From Octopus vulgaris (taxonomy: Eukaryota), in the NCBI GenBank assembly GCA_951406725.2, contig OX597842.1, forward strand, positions 8,308,001 to 8,372,000: 64,000 bases of DNA. Reading direction: 5' to 3'. A program made the position numbers and the translations under genes. Positions 30,425 through 46,033 of the stretch are shown piece by piece. The notes below the pieces were generated by a model. It worked only from the letters and a program-made list of their open reading frames with translations. It was not told where the DNA came from and did not search any database. The first letter of the stretch is position 1, and each line of letters begins with the position of its first letter.

Positions 30425-33400
30425 CTTTTTTCGGGGTTCCAACACCCGCATCACGTTTTAATTGCTCAATACGCGGTAGCGTGGTGCAATCAGTCCTTGG
30501 TGTGGTTTCGTCGGTCTTACCTCCGTCGGCTTCCACCTCGACCGAGGGTTCGGAGTCGCCGATACGTGTTTCGCATGACGGGGGTGTTTTATGATCACCA
30601 GCCACACGTTTGACGAAATTTCCGGTTGACTCAGAAAGAGCCTCCATAACAAAGTTGTCTCCTTCACCCATGTAGCTTTTATTTTCATGTTGCTTGTTGT
30701 GTTCGTCTGGTTCTTCGGGTCCGGTCCAGTTGCGGTGAAATCCAGTTTCCAGGATCGAACAACTCAAGGATTGCATCGACTCGAGTTGATCGTCGCTGAT
30801 TTTCTCTTCCTTAATAGTTAAAGCTAAAGCCGTTTGGAAATCTATGGTTTCCTCGGGTTTCAATGAAGAATCTTCATAACGTTGACAATCTGTTTTCGGT
30901 TCGTCGGTGATGGTCGTTTCTGGGGAATATCTATTTTGTTCAGATGACAGTGTGTTTTCCAGCTGCCACTCTCTCTGCATTTCTTCATCCGTTGTGTTGC
31001 AGACATCACCAAGACCATCACCACTTTCGTCCCGTTCCTGATCTTGATTCTGGTCATCGTTCGTGTTGTCACTTAAATCTTCGTCTTGTTTGTTCAAAAT
31101 TTTGAAATCAGAGAAAGAACGATCAGTATTTTCAGTGATTTCCAAAACGGGGGACATTTCACCGCGATTGAAACAAGACTCATAAGTATCTATAATACTA
31201 TTCGCCATTTTGTCTTCTTCAAATTTCCAGTTGAGACCTTTGTCGACAGAATCGACTATGCACAAACTCGTGTTATTTTCCTTTTCAACGATATTCTCGT
31301 CGTATTTTTCAAGATTATTGCAGTTATTTTCCAAGATAATTCCTTCGTCCTCGCTTGCGTCACTGTTAAAATGTCTAGCTTTTCTCTCCGTTGGTAAAAC
31401 GACGTTGACGTAGCTCTCAAGGATTTCTTCACTTTCAGTGTTTATCTCTTCCCCGTTTTTCGTCAACCTCCTCGTATTAGTCTCTTCGCAAAGATTAGCT
31501 GCGTATTTTGTGACCGTACACTTCTTTTCTGGTTCCTCTACATACGACTTTGAGCAGTAGAGTTCTTCAGTTAAACTGTCATTCCTCTTGTTAGCTTCCC
31601 CGCCATTTTCAATGATGTCACAAGTCACGTGAGCTACGTCACAATCGGAGAATTCATGGACGGTATCTTCTTCAAATTCGAACGAAGTACTCGGAGTAGC
31701 AGCGCCTTCAAAATTCACAGAATTTACAGAATGAGATTTATGAATTTGAAGTGCCGCATTAGATATTGAATCTTTACCCTTCACAAATTCGTCCGTCTCG
31801 GAAAACTCAGAGCCTTGCAGATTGCGTCTATTGAACTCGAAGACGCTTCGATTATTAACAGAATTGTTCATGTTGGACCCATAAACCGGGTTTACATCTT
31901 CTCTCTTTATCGTTTCCAAATCTTCAACTCCAGTAAATCCTAAAACAACGTATTCGGGCAACTCTTTATCTTCCATCTCGTCTCGCATAAAGTCTTTCTT
32001 CGCACAAACTGTGGAAATATCTGTAGTAACATTTTTTGAATCATCGTCTGAATGCCCGCATACTTTCCTGCCTTTCACCAAATTCGATCTCGTACAGGGG
32101 CATCCTTCTGTTGGTTCAATGTTTTCCTCGATCACCGGATAATCCATATCTTTGTAGGAGATACTTGTAAACAGTGTATAGTCGCTGTCTTCCGTTAAAT
32201 CAGAGTAACTACGATCTTTGTCCGTCCCATTAACCTCTCCGCTAGCGGAGGCAGCAGACATATCGCCTGTATAAGCAATGCAACGTTCGACCGAGTAGCC
32301 AGTGACTTCTTCATCGTAACGATTGTTCGAAGTGTTGTTGCCTTCGGTAGTGAGTCGTGTGTACTTCCCTGTCTGTTGTAAGGGACACAAGTCGAGCTCT
32401 CCCTCAAGAGAAGACGGCATATCTAAAGGGTTAGACAACGCCGTGTTAGTGGTATTTTGTCTGGAGTAGCCGATCGGTCCGTCGTCACCATGTTCTTTGT
32501 AACCAGTACCCTCTCCTTCCGGTCGTCGTTCTGTGATTCTGTGACCATCTCGATTTACAGGATGTCCGTCTCCGTCCGTAGCGTCGTTGCAACCACTGTA
32601 CATGCTCAATGCACGTCCTATAACATTGGAACCAAAGGCGTCTCCGCCCCGACGGTGATCCTCGCCATCTCCAACGTTTCCTCGGTAGCCGGTCATGTGA
32701 TGCATGTAATAGTCATTTCCGTTATCACAGCTCTTGCTATTCATCCCTGCAGCAAAATCTGCAACTTCCGCTTCCAGTTTATATCCTGTCACAGCACCGA
32801 TACTTCCGCTTTTACTATGCTCAGCATTCACATCGTATCCGGTGACGTCTCTACTTTCATTTTCGCAACGACCCTTTGCATCCTGTCCGGCGCCGAACCC
32901 GGTGGTGGTGTCGAATTCATCGGCCTCTTTTCCGTCGCCATCCAATCGGGAACCTTTGTCGCAGGTATAACTCGTGACGTCTAAGAAACCGCTATAACAA
33001 CTTCCGGTCGGTTCATAATTTCTCTCTACTCCGCTGGCTCCTTCTTCGAGAGAATGGTACTCGGGAGTCGTGATACTAGTCTGTCTTAGGTACCGGGGTA
33101 CAACTTTATCACTATCGCTGAAACCAACAGTACTATTACCACACGTGACCGTGTCGTCGGCCCCGACACAGCTGTCACTAGCGCCACCTTGCCGGCAGGT
33201 CACGTCAGAAAGGGCGGACATTTTGTCTGTCCAGTTTTCCTTCATATAACCGAATGTGCAAACATCTCCTGAGCAAACGATGCTTGCACTGCTGTCCGCA
33301 GCCTCGTTTTCAACCCTCTGCCTCCACCTTTCATCCGGGTACTGTCCATTATCTTCTTCTTCCGGAATGTCATCGAGATTATCACATCCGCTGAATATGT

Positions 33401-33745
33401 TTTCATATCCAGTATATATATTGTCACTTCCGCTGTGATTTTTGCCTTTTTCAGAGTACATATTACTACTTCCGGAATAGGTGGCGTCAATTTCGGAGAA
33501 GATATTTCTTCCGGTATATAAATTGTCGCTCGTAGACAACATATTACTTCCTGAATACGCAGAATCACTTCCGAGATTGATAGTGTCCTGTTTAGTGTAC
33601 ATTGCCTCACTTCCAGAATACATAACTTCATTATTTCCGGTGTACATATTTTCAGTTCCGGTATATGATTTATCATTTCCAATGAACATATTACTTCCTT
33701 CATTAGTCGTGTCACTTCCTGGATAAACAGTGTTAATACCAGACA

Positions 33746-33821
<76 letters not shown>

Positions 33822-36560
33822 TCCGAGATATAAGTTGTCACTTCCGGAATATCGGGGTAGACAGCTGCTGCCGTCATTATCGTGGTGGCTGTGTTGATAG
33901 TCATTGTCTTGCATATCATTAGTGTTTTCTTTACACATGACCCCGAAGGCAGTTTTAGTTGTGCAGTGAACAGCAGCTTCAGCGCATTTTTCCCCATCGA
34001 AGCGTTTCAGCGAACTTTCGCCATTTTGTTTTCCGTCAGTCGACATCGCTGCTTCTTCCGAGAAACGACCGTCCTGTCGATTTTCGGCGCAGCGTTCGAA
34101 ACCATAACGGTCGAACTGTTGTTGATGTTGCTGTTGTTGTTGGTGGTGATGGTGGTGATCGTCAGAAAGGTGGGTATCGTACTGGTCAAGTTGGTCTAGT
34201 GATCGGACGCCGCGGTTTCCAGTTGCATTGGTGTCCGATTCCAAATTAGCCAAATCACTTCCAGAATAGGTAGTTTCGTCAGAACTTAATCTATTTTTAC
34301 TAATGCTGCTACTGTTCTTGTTGTTGCTGCCGTTGTCAATGTAGATGTTGATACTAGTGTTATAATTGCTGTAGGGTTCGCCACTGCAGCTAGTAAAATC
34401 GTTATTATTGCTGCTACTGTAGACGGTGCTGCTGTATTCCTTACGAGAGACGCCATCTTGAAGTTCTCCACCGTCGCCACTGGTGACTACGCCTTCATTT
34501 GCACCGCCAATAAAAACAGCGAAGCCACTACCGGTTTCTGTGAAACTGTTCCGTGGTTGTTCGGCGGTTGTATCCGTTAGAGGATATTCTTGTCCGGCAA
34601 AGGAATCCGTTAGAGGGAGCTTGCTTTCACTGAAAGTGTCTGGTGGAGGATGTACTCGTGCATCTTCGGAGAAAGGGTTCAGCAAAGTTACCTCGTGTTT
34701 AACAAAAGGGTTCATCTGGAAACGTTCGAATCCACTGAAGGAATTCACCAGGGACCATTCGCGTTCGGTGACGTTTCTCGCAACCGTTGGCATGGATGTG
34801 GAAGTGAAGTTCCGTGAATGATCGACAACATCTTCGATCGAATCGCAGTTTTGTCCCCAATGACTGCCATCAAGCTCACAGCCTCCACTACCACCGTTAC
34901 TATTATTATAATTAGCAGCAGTATTAATATTAGTCGTGGTAGTAGTGGTAGCAGTGGTTGTAGTACTCTCCGTATGGCCACTGTTCGTCACCGCCATTTC
35001 CCTGAGGGGGAAAGAAATTTCGTCGCGCCGAGAAAAATCGTTAATCTCGCGTGTGTTGCGCTCGTTCTCGTAACTCGTCGGCCATTTGCAAAAATTATGC
35101 AATTCGTCTCCAAATTCTTGTTGTTGTCGTAGTTGTTCTTCTTTATCCTCTTCTACGTCTCGTCTTTTTTCCTCCTTCACAAATACCACAGTTTCTCTTC
35201 TTTCTTCTCGTCCTCCTCGCTTTTTTCCTGCTGTTCCTCCTACCACCGGCTCTTCCTTTCGTTTCCCTTTCCCCCTCCGCCGTCGACTCCCTCCACCACT
35301 TCGACCTTTGAACTCTCCTCCTCCTCCTGTTGTTTCTCGTCCGGTCAGTCCTGCTGTTGCTTTTCCTTCGCTCGCGTCTCTTCTTCTTCTTCCTCCTCCT
35401 CCTCCTCCTCCACCTCCTTCAACAAGCAGTCCGCTTTCTCCTTCTCCGTTTTTCTTTCTTCTTCTACCTCCTCCTAAACCGCCAGCACCAACGCCAACAC
35501 CACCATCACTACTCCCGGCTCTACTACCTCCACCACCATCACCATCACCATCACCACCACCACCACCACCACCAACACCATCACCACCATCAGCAGCACC
35601 TACCCCGCTACTTTCATTACCAGCCTTCGTTTCTTCTCTCTTTCCTTTTTTTACACCAGGCTTCGTTACTCCTCCTCCTTCTCCTTCCTCTCCTCGACCT
35701 CCACCTCCTCCTCTTAATTCTCCTCTCACACTTTCTTTCACGCAAAAGTTTCCTCCTACCTCTTCGGCTCTTGTTTCTCCGTCGTCATCGTCGTCATCGT
35801 CTTTGCCGCCGCCGCCGCCTTCAAGTTCCGCCTCTTCCTTTCGCTCTTCATTTTCTTCTTCCTCTCGTTCCTCTTCCTCCGCCTCTTCCTCCTCATCCTC
35901 GTCGTCGTCGTCGTCGCCATCTTTGTCGTCATCAATGAATTTAAAGTACGAATCCACAAAAGCTATATTCTTGGCCCCGACTAGATGCGAGTTCCGATGA
36001 AGTTCGACCCCAGATTCTGTACCGGAAACCGCCTCGCCTCCACCATCGCTCCTTCTGCCTCGAAGACGACCGTAACGATGATAATAATAATAACAATCAT
36101 CATCATCATCATCATCATCATCATTATCGATGGCTGTAATGGATTCGGCGGTGGCGGCGGCAACGGTTGTGGTGGTGTTGGTGAAATCACTATTACTGAT
36201 AGTTCTGCCGCTGTTGTTGCTGCTGCTCCCTTCGTTCCAAACCGGGTGGTAAATCCGGGTAGTATGGGAAGTATCGGTAGTAGTAGTAGTAGTAGACGCT
36301 GCCATCGATGTCGTAATCATCGTCGTCGTTGTAGTTCTAGAAACAGCCTCGTTGTCGCTGCTGAAAGCCTCGTTGTCGTTGCCGCCGTCTTCGGCCATTT
36401 TGTACCCGGCAGTTGTAATCCAGCCGTCGTGGTGGTCGTAGGACTGGTATTGTTGGCAATAACGATGGTAGCTTTCTGGGTCGAAATCTTCGTCGTAGTC
36501 TGAAGGGTCGGCGGTGGATTGGACTGTGATGGCGGCGGCGTGGCTGTACTCCCCCTTCAT
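30425..36560 (-). CDS. Giant coding exon (~2045 codons) of an uncharacterised, acidic, probably disordered protein
   Basis: 6.1-kb stop-free, mostly non-repetitive frame in a TE-rich region; donor AAAG|GTACGA at 30425/30424 (phase 1) matches exon 19661; 5' boundary uncertain (ATG 36560, possible acceptors near 36568 or 36584). Confidence 0.9.
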
Positions 36561-36610
36561 ATGTCCGTCTTTAGTCTTATATATCTACTAATGTTAGAAT
36601 CTTAATAAAT

Positions 36611-36662
<52 letters not shown>

Positions 36663-36900
36663 AGGTAGTGATGGTAGCAGTAGAAGTAGTAGGCGGTGGT
36701 GGTGGTGGTAGCGGTGGTAGTAGCAGTTGTGGTGGTGGAGGTGATAGTGGTAGCGGTGGTAGTGGTAGTAGTTGTGGTGGTGGTGGTGGTGGAGGTAGTA
36801 GTGGTAGTAGAAGTAGTAGTAGTTGTGGTAGTGGTGGTAGTTGTAGTAGTTGTGGTGGCGGTGGTGGTAGTGGTAGTAGTTGTTGTGGTGGTGGTGGTTT
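36611..36900. repeat. (GTA)n/(GGT)n compound trinucleotide tract
   Basis: Direct inspection. Confidence 0.9.
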
Positions 36901-37039
36901 TAGTGTTATTGCAGTTACTGTTTAGTTCCAGGCAAGTGCTGATCTAACAACAAACCTATAAAAAAATCAAACGACGCTCCGTCCATGACCATCTCGTCTT
37001 GTTTTTTTTTTTCTTTTCAGGATTTATTTCAGGTTACAT

Positions 37040-38575
<1,536 letters not shown>

Positions 38576-39294
38576 GTTTCTTTCGTCAGTGGATTGCCGG
38601 TTGTATTGTTGTTGATGTTGGTATTGTTGTTGTCATTCCAATGGACAAAAATATCCGTATGTGGTCGCAAAACTGACCACTTGTAACGACTACAAAATGT
38701 CGTCTGCCTGACCAATTACTCATTTCTCGGTACCGCCACCTATCGGTGTTATTGCAACTGCTGCTGCTGTTGCTGCTGCTGTTGTTGTAATTACTGTTGC
38801 TGCTTTTGCTGCTGCTGCCCACGATGTCAAGGGCGCCGACCGATTTTCGGTTATTGACATAAGTCTGGAATCTTGCTTTCAATGGCGTCGACGACGCAAA
38901 CGCCATTTTCAGAACCTGTTATTGCAAATCGTGTCGATGTCTCTGCTGTTATTGTTGTGATTGCTGCTGTCCATGGTCACAGCAGCATTTCTCAACCGGG
39001 ACCCATACGGCCCTTTGGCGGACCATATAAGATTTTGTTGTTAAAATTTATGCGCAATAGATTGGGTGTACTTCTACAGTACACAGATATTAAATTTTAT
39101 TTTTGTATACACAGGTGCAGGTGTGGCTTCGTGGTAAGAAGCTTGCCTCCTAACCAAGTAGTACCGAGTTCAATCCCACAGCGTGGCACCTTGGGAAAGT
39201 GTGTTCTACTATAGCTTTGGGCCGACCAAAACCTTGTGAATGGATTTAGTAGATGGAAACTGAAAGAAGCCCGTCATATACATACATACATACA

Positions 39295-39387
<93 letters not shown>

Positions 39388-40139
39388 GTAAATGTAATAT
39401 GTGACAATTATTCGGTAGCCATGATAAACCTCCGAGTTTCGGATGTCGAGGTGGAAATCCACGCCGCCATCTCTTCAGTTATGAGGCCATCGGAAAAATG
39501 CTATGAAGAATGACCGTTATACAAAGGGAAATTACTGTGTGATTGACCGTTATTAAGACAAAAGAGCTATTCGAATGACAGCTAAGTAAGGGGGTAAAAA
39601 GTTCATAGTATTCGCGTAAGCGCGCCTGTTCATACCCACGCATGTGCGCCCGCAGGGTTAAGGCTAACAATACAGAAAAAAAGCATAAGGAAGTATACAA
39701 AGAGTAAACCACGTCTATATACGCACATACCCGTATGCACGCACACACACACGCCTATATATGCACATACCCGCACACGTCTATATACGCGCACACGTCT
39801 ATATACGCGCACACACACGCACGCACAAAAAGGATTATACATACGTCTAACACAAGAAAAAACATGGCTAAGGGCAAAAATATAGGAAAATGTGTAAAAA
39901 CACTGAGTAAAATACATCTATATACTCATGTACTCGCATGCACGCACACACATACACATCTATATACACACATATCCGCACACATGCACACATCTATATA
40001 CACACATATCCGCACACACGCACACATCCACACGCGCACACAAAAGATTCCATATACTCGTCTATATACGCATAGGGAAAAATGCAGGGTGGAAGGTAGA
40101 ATACATAAAAAATAATGTGTAAAAAAATATATGAGCAAT

Positions 40140-40565
40140 AGGCGCAGAAGTGGCTGTGTGGTAAGTAGCTTGCTTACCAACCACATGGTTCCGGGTTCAG
40201 TCCCACTGCGTGGCACCTTGGGCAAGTGTCTTCTACTATAGCCTCGGGCCGGCCAAAGCCTTGTGAGTGTATTTGGTAGACGGAAACTGAAAGAAGCCCA
40301 TCGTATATATGCATATATGTATATATATATATATGTGTGCGTGTATGTTTGTGTGTCTGTGTTTGTCCTTCTAGCATTGCTTGACAACCGATGCTGGTGT
40401 GTTTATGTCCCCGTCACCTAGCGGTTCGGCAAAAGAGACTGATAGAATAAGTACTGGGCTTACAAAGAATAAGTCCCGGGGTCGATTTGCTCGACTAAAG
40501 GCGGTGCTCCTGCATGGCCGCAGTCAACTGACTGAAACAAGTAAAAGAGTAAAAGAGAGAGAATA
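40140..40565 (+). mobile_element. SINE family A, full length
   Basis: Complete match. Confidence 0.9.
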
Positions 40566-40629
40566 AACCTATAAAACAATATCTCTATAAATATGTAAGA
40601 AATATATGTATAAAAAGTATATATAATGA

Positions 40630-40930
40630 CAGGTGCTTAATTTATCGACCCCGAAAGGATTTTGCCTGGCGTGCTAACGATTCTGCCAGCTCGCCGCCTT
40701 CAAAAGTAATAATAATAATGGCTTAAAATTTTGCCTCAAGGCAGCAATTTTGATGGAAAGGGTTAGTTGATTACATCGACGCCAGTGCATAACTGGTACG
40801 CATTCCATCGATCCTGAAATGATGAAAGGCAAAGTCGACTTTGGCGGAATTAGAACGCCGTACGTAAAGACGGACGAAATGCCGCTAAGCATTTTGCCTG
40901 GCGTGCTAACGATTCTGCCAGCTCGCCGTT
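40630..40930 (-). mobile_element. SINE family C, two partial/tandem copies
   Basis: TTTTGCCTGGCGTGCTAACGATTCTGCCAGCTCGCCG occurs twice; Meta-like domain. Confidence 0.75.
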
Positions 40931-40938
40931 TTCAAAAC

Positions 40939-40992
<54 letters not shown>

Positions 40993-41014
40993 CAACAACA
41001 ACAACAACAACAAC

Positions 41015-41057
<43 letters not shown>

Positions 41058-41059
41058 GA

Positions 41060-41620
41060 CTGAGGGAGAAAGTGTGTCGATTTTCTGGGTCTTCCCCGTA
41101 CATACCGACAAAACTATAAAAGCTATTAAACTTGATATTATTATAAAAGATCAGACAAAAAAAAAGGTGTGTTTATTAATTGACATGAGTATTCCTTGTG
41201 ATCACAATATAGCGGCGAAAGAATTTGACAAGATCAGTAAATATAAAGACTTGCTAATAGAAATTGAAAAAAATGTGGTATCTCAAGGCGACTACAGTAC
41301 CAGTGATTGTAGGAGCTCTATGAATGATAAAAAAAAGGTACTGAAACCTATTTGAAAATGATTCCAGGCTTACCATCCCTACAGGAAGTGAAAAAATTCG
41401 TGTTAACTGGAACGGCTCATGTACTGAGAAGAGTATTATCGCTGTGCAAACAACATCTATTCATGAATTTATTTATTTGTTAATTTTTTAAAAATATATA
41501 TTTTAACTGTGAATTTGCGTGTGTAATCTGGGAATGCATGCAATGAGCTTCTCTGCCCTAGGTGTACGGAAAACACCCGGCGAGAAACGGAAGAAAATTT
41601 GAAGAAAGAAGGAAAAAAGT
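41060..41620 (+). mobile_element. R4/Dong-type LINE 3' fragment after (AAT)n
   Basis: HTDKTIKAIKLDIIIKDQ...LLIDMSIPCDHNIAAKEFDKISKYKDLLIEIEK, restriction-like endonuclease region, frameshifted. Confidence 0.85.
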
Positions 41621-42116
41621 AGTAATCATTCTTCCCGAGTCATATAGAGTCACAGAGCCGGTTACTCCGTCTCCATGGCACAGATATACCCCTCACCCCC
41701 ACCCCACCCGTGGACGGGATATTGGGGTGTCACAAGATTACTCATTTTTGCCAGCTGATTGGATTGGAGCAATGTGAAAAGAATTGTTTTTGCTGAAAAA
41801 CACAGCGCTTGGCCCGGAGCAGGAATTGAACCCACGCTCTTACGACCATGAGCGCAACGCGCTAACCACTAAGCCACGCGCCTCCACACTATAATTAACA
41901 GTTATAGGTAAAATTTAGCATGTTAATTGTTACCTCACCACCCCTCCCCCAAGAGCCTTCGACATGCCCAGCGCCCCCTTTGGGGCGATACCGCCTACGT
42001 TGAGAACTTCTGGCGTAGAAGCTCCCTTGTTAAGCTAATGGTAGCGTGACGTGTTGGAGTGGAGGAGTGGAATGGCGGCGTGGTTCAGCGGTTTGACAAT
42101 TTCGGATAATTGATAC

Positions 42117-42206
42117 CCTGCGCTGTGAGAAATGACTGAACAGAGGATATTTTCGTCAATGGAAGTCTACTTCCCGTCGAGTAAATTCCTGTTTCTATGT
42201 TTAACG
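42117..42206 (-). CDS. Candidate upstream exon ([29 protein letters not shown]), 90 nt, phase 1-1
   Basis: CAACAG| acceptor and CAGG|GTATCA donor; only one frame open; no homology support. Confidence 0.25.
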
Positions 42207-42305
42207 CTGTTGTTGTTGTTGTTGTGGTGGTGGTGGTGGTGGTTTTGAAGGTGGAAACGGTGTTGGTGTAATGTATGTATATATAGGCGCAGTATATGGC
42301 GCGTA

Positions 42306-42745
<440 letters not shown>

Positions 42746-42750
42746 TTTAA

Positions 42751-42812
<62 letters not shown>

Positions 42813-43034
42813 TGCAGGAGTGGCTGTATATATATATATATATATATACAATGAAAATGTCTGGTGCCTTCATTGCAATCTTCAGGCTCTGTTCACATGG
42901 CATATACATGCATGTACATGTATATATCAAGTGGGCACAGGCTGAAGATTGCAGGAAGACACGAAGACGTGTATAAAATGCAGTCTGTGTCGTTTTGGTA
43001 GCATGAAACTATTAGTACCTCATAAATATATGTC

Positions 43035-43237
43035 TTTTACTCATTTACTCTTTTACTTGTTTCAGTCATTTGAATGAGACCATGCTGGAGCACCGCTTTA
43101 TTGAGCAAATCGACCCCATGACTTATTCTTTGCAAGCCTAGTACCTATTCTATCGGTCTCTTTTTGCCGAATCGCTAGGTTACGGGGACGTAAACGCACC
43201 AGCATTGGTTGTCAAGCGATGTTGGGGGGACAAACAA

Positions 43238-43295
<58 letters not shown>

Positions 43296-43476
43296 ACATA
43301 CATACATATATACGACGGGCTTCTTTCAGTTTCCGTCTACTAAATCCACTCACAAGGCTTTGGTCAGCCCGAGGCTATAGTAGAAGACACTTGCCCAAGG
43401 TACCACACAGTGGGACTGAACCCGGAACCATGTGGTTGGTAAGCAAGCTACTTACCACACAGCCACTCCTACGCCT
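43035..43476 (-). mobile_element. SINE family A
   Basis: Reverse-complement match. Confidence 0.9.
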
Positions 43477-43617
43477 GTGTTCATTAAATAATATTTATCT
43501 CTCATCAAATGGAATACATGTTTTGTTGATCCTCAGTATTTCACGTCCCCGTTCGTCGGACAGTTACAAAGAAAACTGAATTAAAATTGTGACTACACAT
43601 GTCATATAGTCTGATAT

Positions 43618-44803
43618 GAAGCACTCCGTCGGTTACGACGACGAGTGTTCCGGTTGATCCGATCAACGGAACAGTCTGTTCGTGAAATTAACGTGTAAGT
43701 AGCTGAGCACTCCACAGACACGTGTACCCCTAAATGTAGTTCTCGGGGATATTCAGCGTGACACAGAGAGTGACAAGGCCGGCCCTTTGAAATACAGGTA
43801 CAACAGAAACAGGAAGTAAGAGTGAGAGAAAGTTGTGGTGAAAGAGTACAGCAGGGATCACCACCATCCCCTGCCGGAGCCTCGTGGAGCTTTTAGGTGT
43901 TTTCGCTCAATAAACACTCACAACGCCCGGTCTGGGAATCGAAACCGCGATCCTACGACCGCGAGTTCGCTGCCCTAACCACTGGGCCATTGCGCCTCCA
44001 CATAGTCTGATAAAGGAAGGAAGCACTCCGTCGGTTACGACGATGAGGGTTCCGGTTGATCCGAATCAACGGAACAGCCTGCTCGTGAAATTATCGTGTA
44101 AGTGGCTGAGCACTCCACAGACACGTGTACCCTTAACGTAGTTCTCGGGGATATTCAGCGTGACACAGAGAGTGACAAGGCCGGCCCTTAGAAATACAGG
44201 TACAACAGAAACAGGAAGTAAGAGTGAGAGAAAGTTGTGGGGAAAGAGTACAGCAGGGATCACCACCATCCCCTGCCGGAGCCTCGTGGAGCTTTTTAGG
44301 TGTTTTCGCTCAATAAACACTCACAACGCCCGGTCTGGGAATCGAAACCGCGATCCTACGACCGCGAGTCCGCTGCCCTAACCACTGGGCCATTGCGCCT
44401 CCACATAGTCTGATAAAGGAAGGAAGCACTCCGTCGGTTACGACGACGAGGGTTCCGGTTGATCCGAATCAACGGAACAGCCTGCTCGTGAAATTATCGT
44501 GTAAGTGGCTGAGCACTCCACAGACAGGTGTACCCTTAACGTAGTTCTCGGGGATATTCAGCGTGACACAGAGAGTGACAAGGCCGGCCCTTAGAAATAC
44601 AGGTACAACAGAAACAGGAAGTAAGAGTGAGAGAAAGTTGTGGGGAAAGAGTACAGCAGGGATCACCACCATCCCCTGCCGGAGCCTCGTGGAGCTTTAG
44701 GTGTTTTCGCTCAATAAATACTTACAACGCTTGGTCTGGGAATCGAAACCGCGATCCTACGACCGCGAGTCCGCTGCCCTAACCACTGGGCCATTGCGCC
44801 TCC
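43618..44803 (-). mobile_element. Head-to-tail trimer of a family B-related SINE (~400-bp units)
   Basis: Three complete units, each bounded by ATAGTCTGATA. Confidence 0.9.
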
Positions 44804-45366
44804 ACATAGTCTGATATAATGTAATTCAAATGCTCGAACAAGCATTTAAATTTGATTGGACCATTGGTTTTCAAAACTTAACAGTATAACATTCGTTAAA
44901 AACTGGTTGTTTGCTTTTTTTTCTACGCGGTGAGGTGAAAATAATCTTTAATTCATTTAATGTACAAATCATAACGTAACGATAAATTTTGAATTAACGC
45001 GTTCTTGCGTGCATATGAGTGTAAGATATTTTATGTGCAAATATATTTAAGAATAAATTATACATGTATCAACCACACAATGCATTTATGTATACACTTT
45101 TCCAATCAATGAAAAATCTATCAATATTGACTTAATTAGGTGTCTGCTTATTACGTATTATCAATACAGTCATTAATTAATTTATCTCTATGTTTAAATA
45201 TATATTACGTAAAGAGGTGCGGGCATCGCTGTATAGTTAAGAAGCTCGCTTCGCAGCCACGCGGTTTCGAGTTCAGTTCCACTACCTGGCACATCGGGAC
45301 GACTAAAGAATTGGGAATGAATTTGGTGTGTGGAAAACTCGTCGTGAGTGAGTGTATGTATATATA

Positions 45367-45989
45367 CTCTTACTCTTTTACTTGTTTCAGTCATTTGACT
45401 GCGGCCATGCTGGAGCACCGCCTTTAATCGAGCAACTCGACCCCGGGACTTATTCTTTGTAAGCCCAGTACTTATTCTATCGGTCTTTTTTTGCCGAACC
45501 GCTAGATGACGGGGACATAAACACACCAGCATCGGTTGTCAAGCAATGCTAGGGGGATAAACACAGACACACAAACATACACATACATAGATATATATAT
45601 ACATATATACGACAGGCTTCTTTCGGTTTCCGTCTACCAAATCCACTCACAAGGCTTTGGTTGGCTTGAGGCTATAGCAGAAGACACTTGCCCAAGATGC
45701 CACACAGTGGGACTGAACCCGGAACCATGTGGTTGGTAAGCAAGCTACTTGCAACACAGCCACTCCTGCGCCTATAATATATATATATATATGTGTGTTT
45801 GTGTAAGTGTGTATCAGAGTCGCAGGAGTAGGTGTGTAGTAAGAAGATTGCTTCCCAACCGCATGGTTCCTGGTTCAGTCCCACTGCATGGCACCTTGGG
45901 CAAATGTCTTCTACTATAGCCTCAAGCCAACCAAAGCCTTGTGAGTGGATTTGGTAGATGGAAACTGAAAGAAACCCGTCGTATATATG

Positions 45990-46033
<44 letters not shown>

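Noticed and set aside
33376-33860. Reflectin-like identity for the Tyr/Met/Asn-rich repeat
   Set aside because: Lacks the reflectin (M/F)D-X5-MD-X5-MD motif and overall composition
35086-36503. Plus-strand Pro/Ser-rich ORFs (304, 202, 172 aa)
   Set aside because: Antisense shadows of the Gly/Glu-rich part of the giant exon
36670-36900. Gly/Ser-rich ORF and possible G-quadruplex
   Set aside because: Simple (GGT/AGT)n tract with only GG runs, on the non-coding strand
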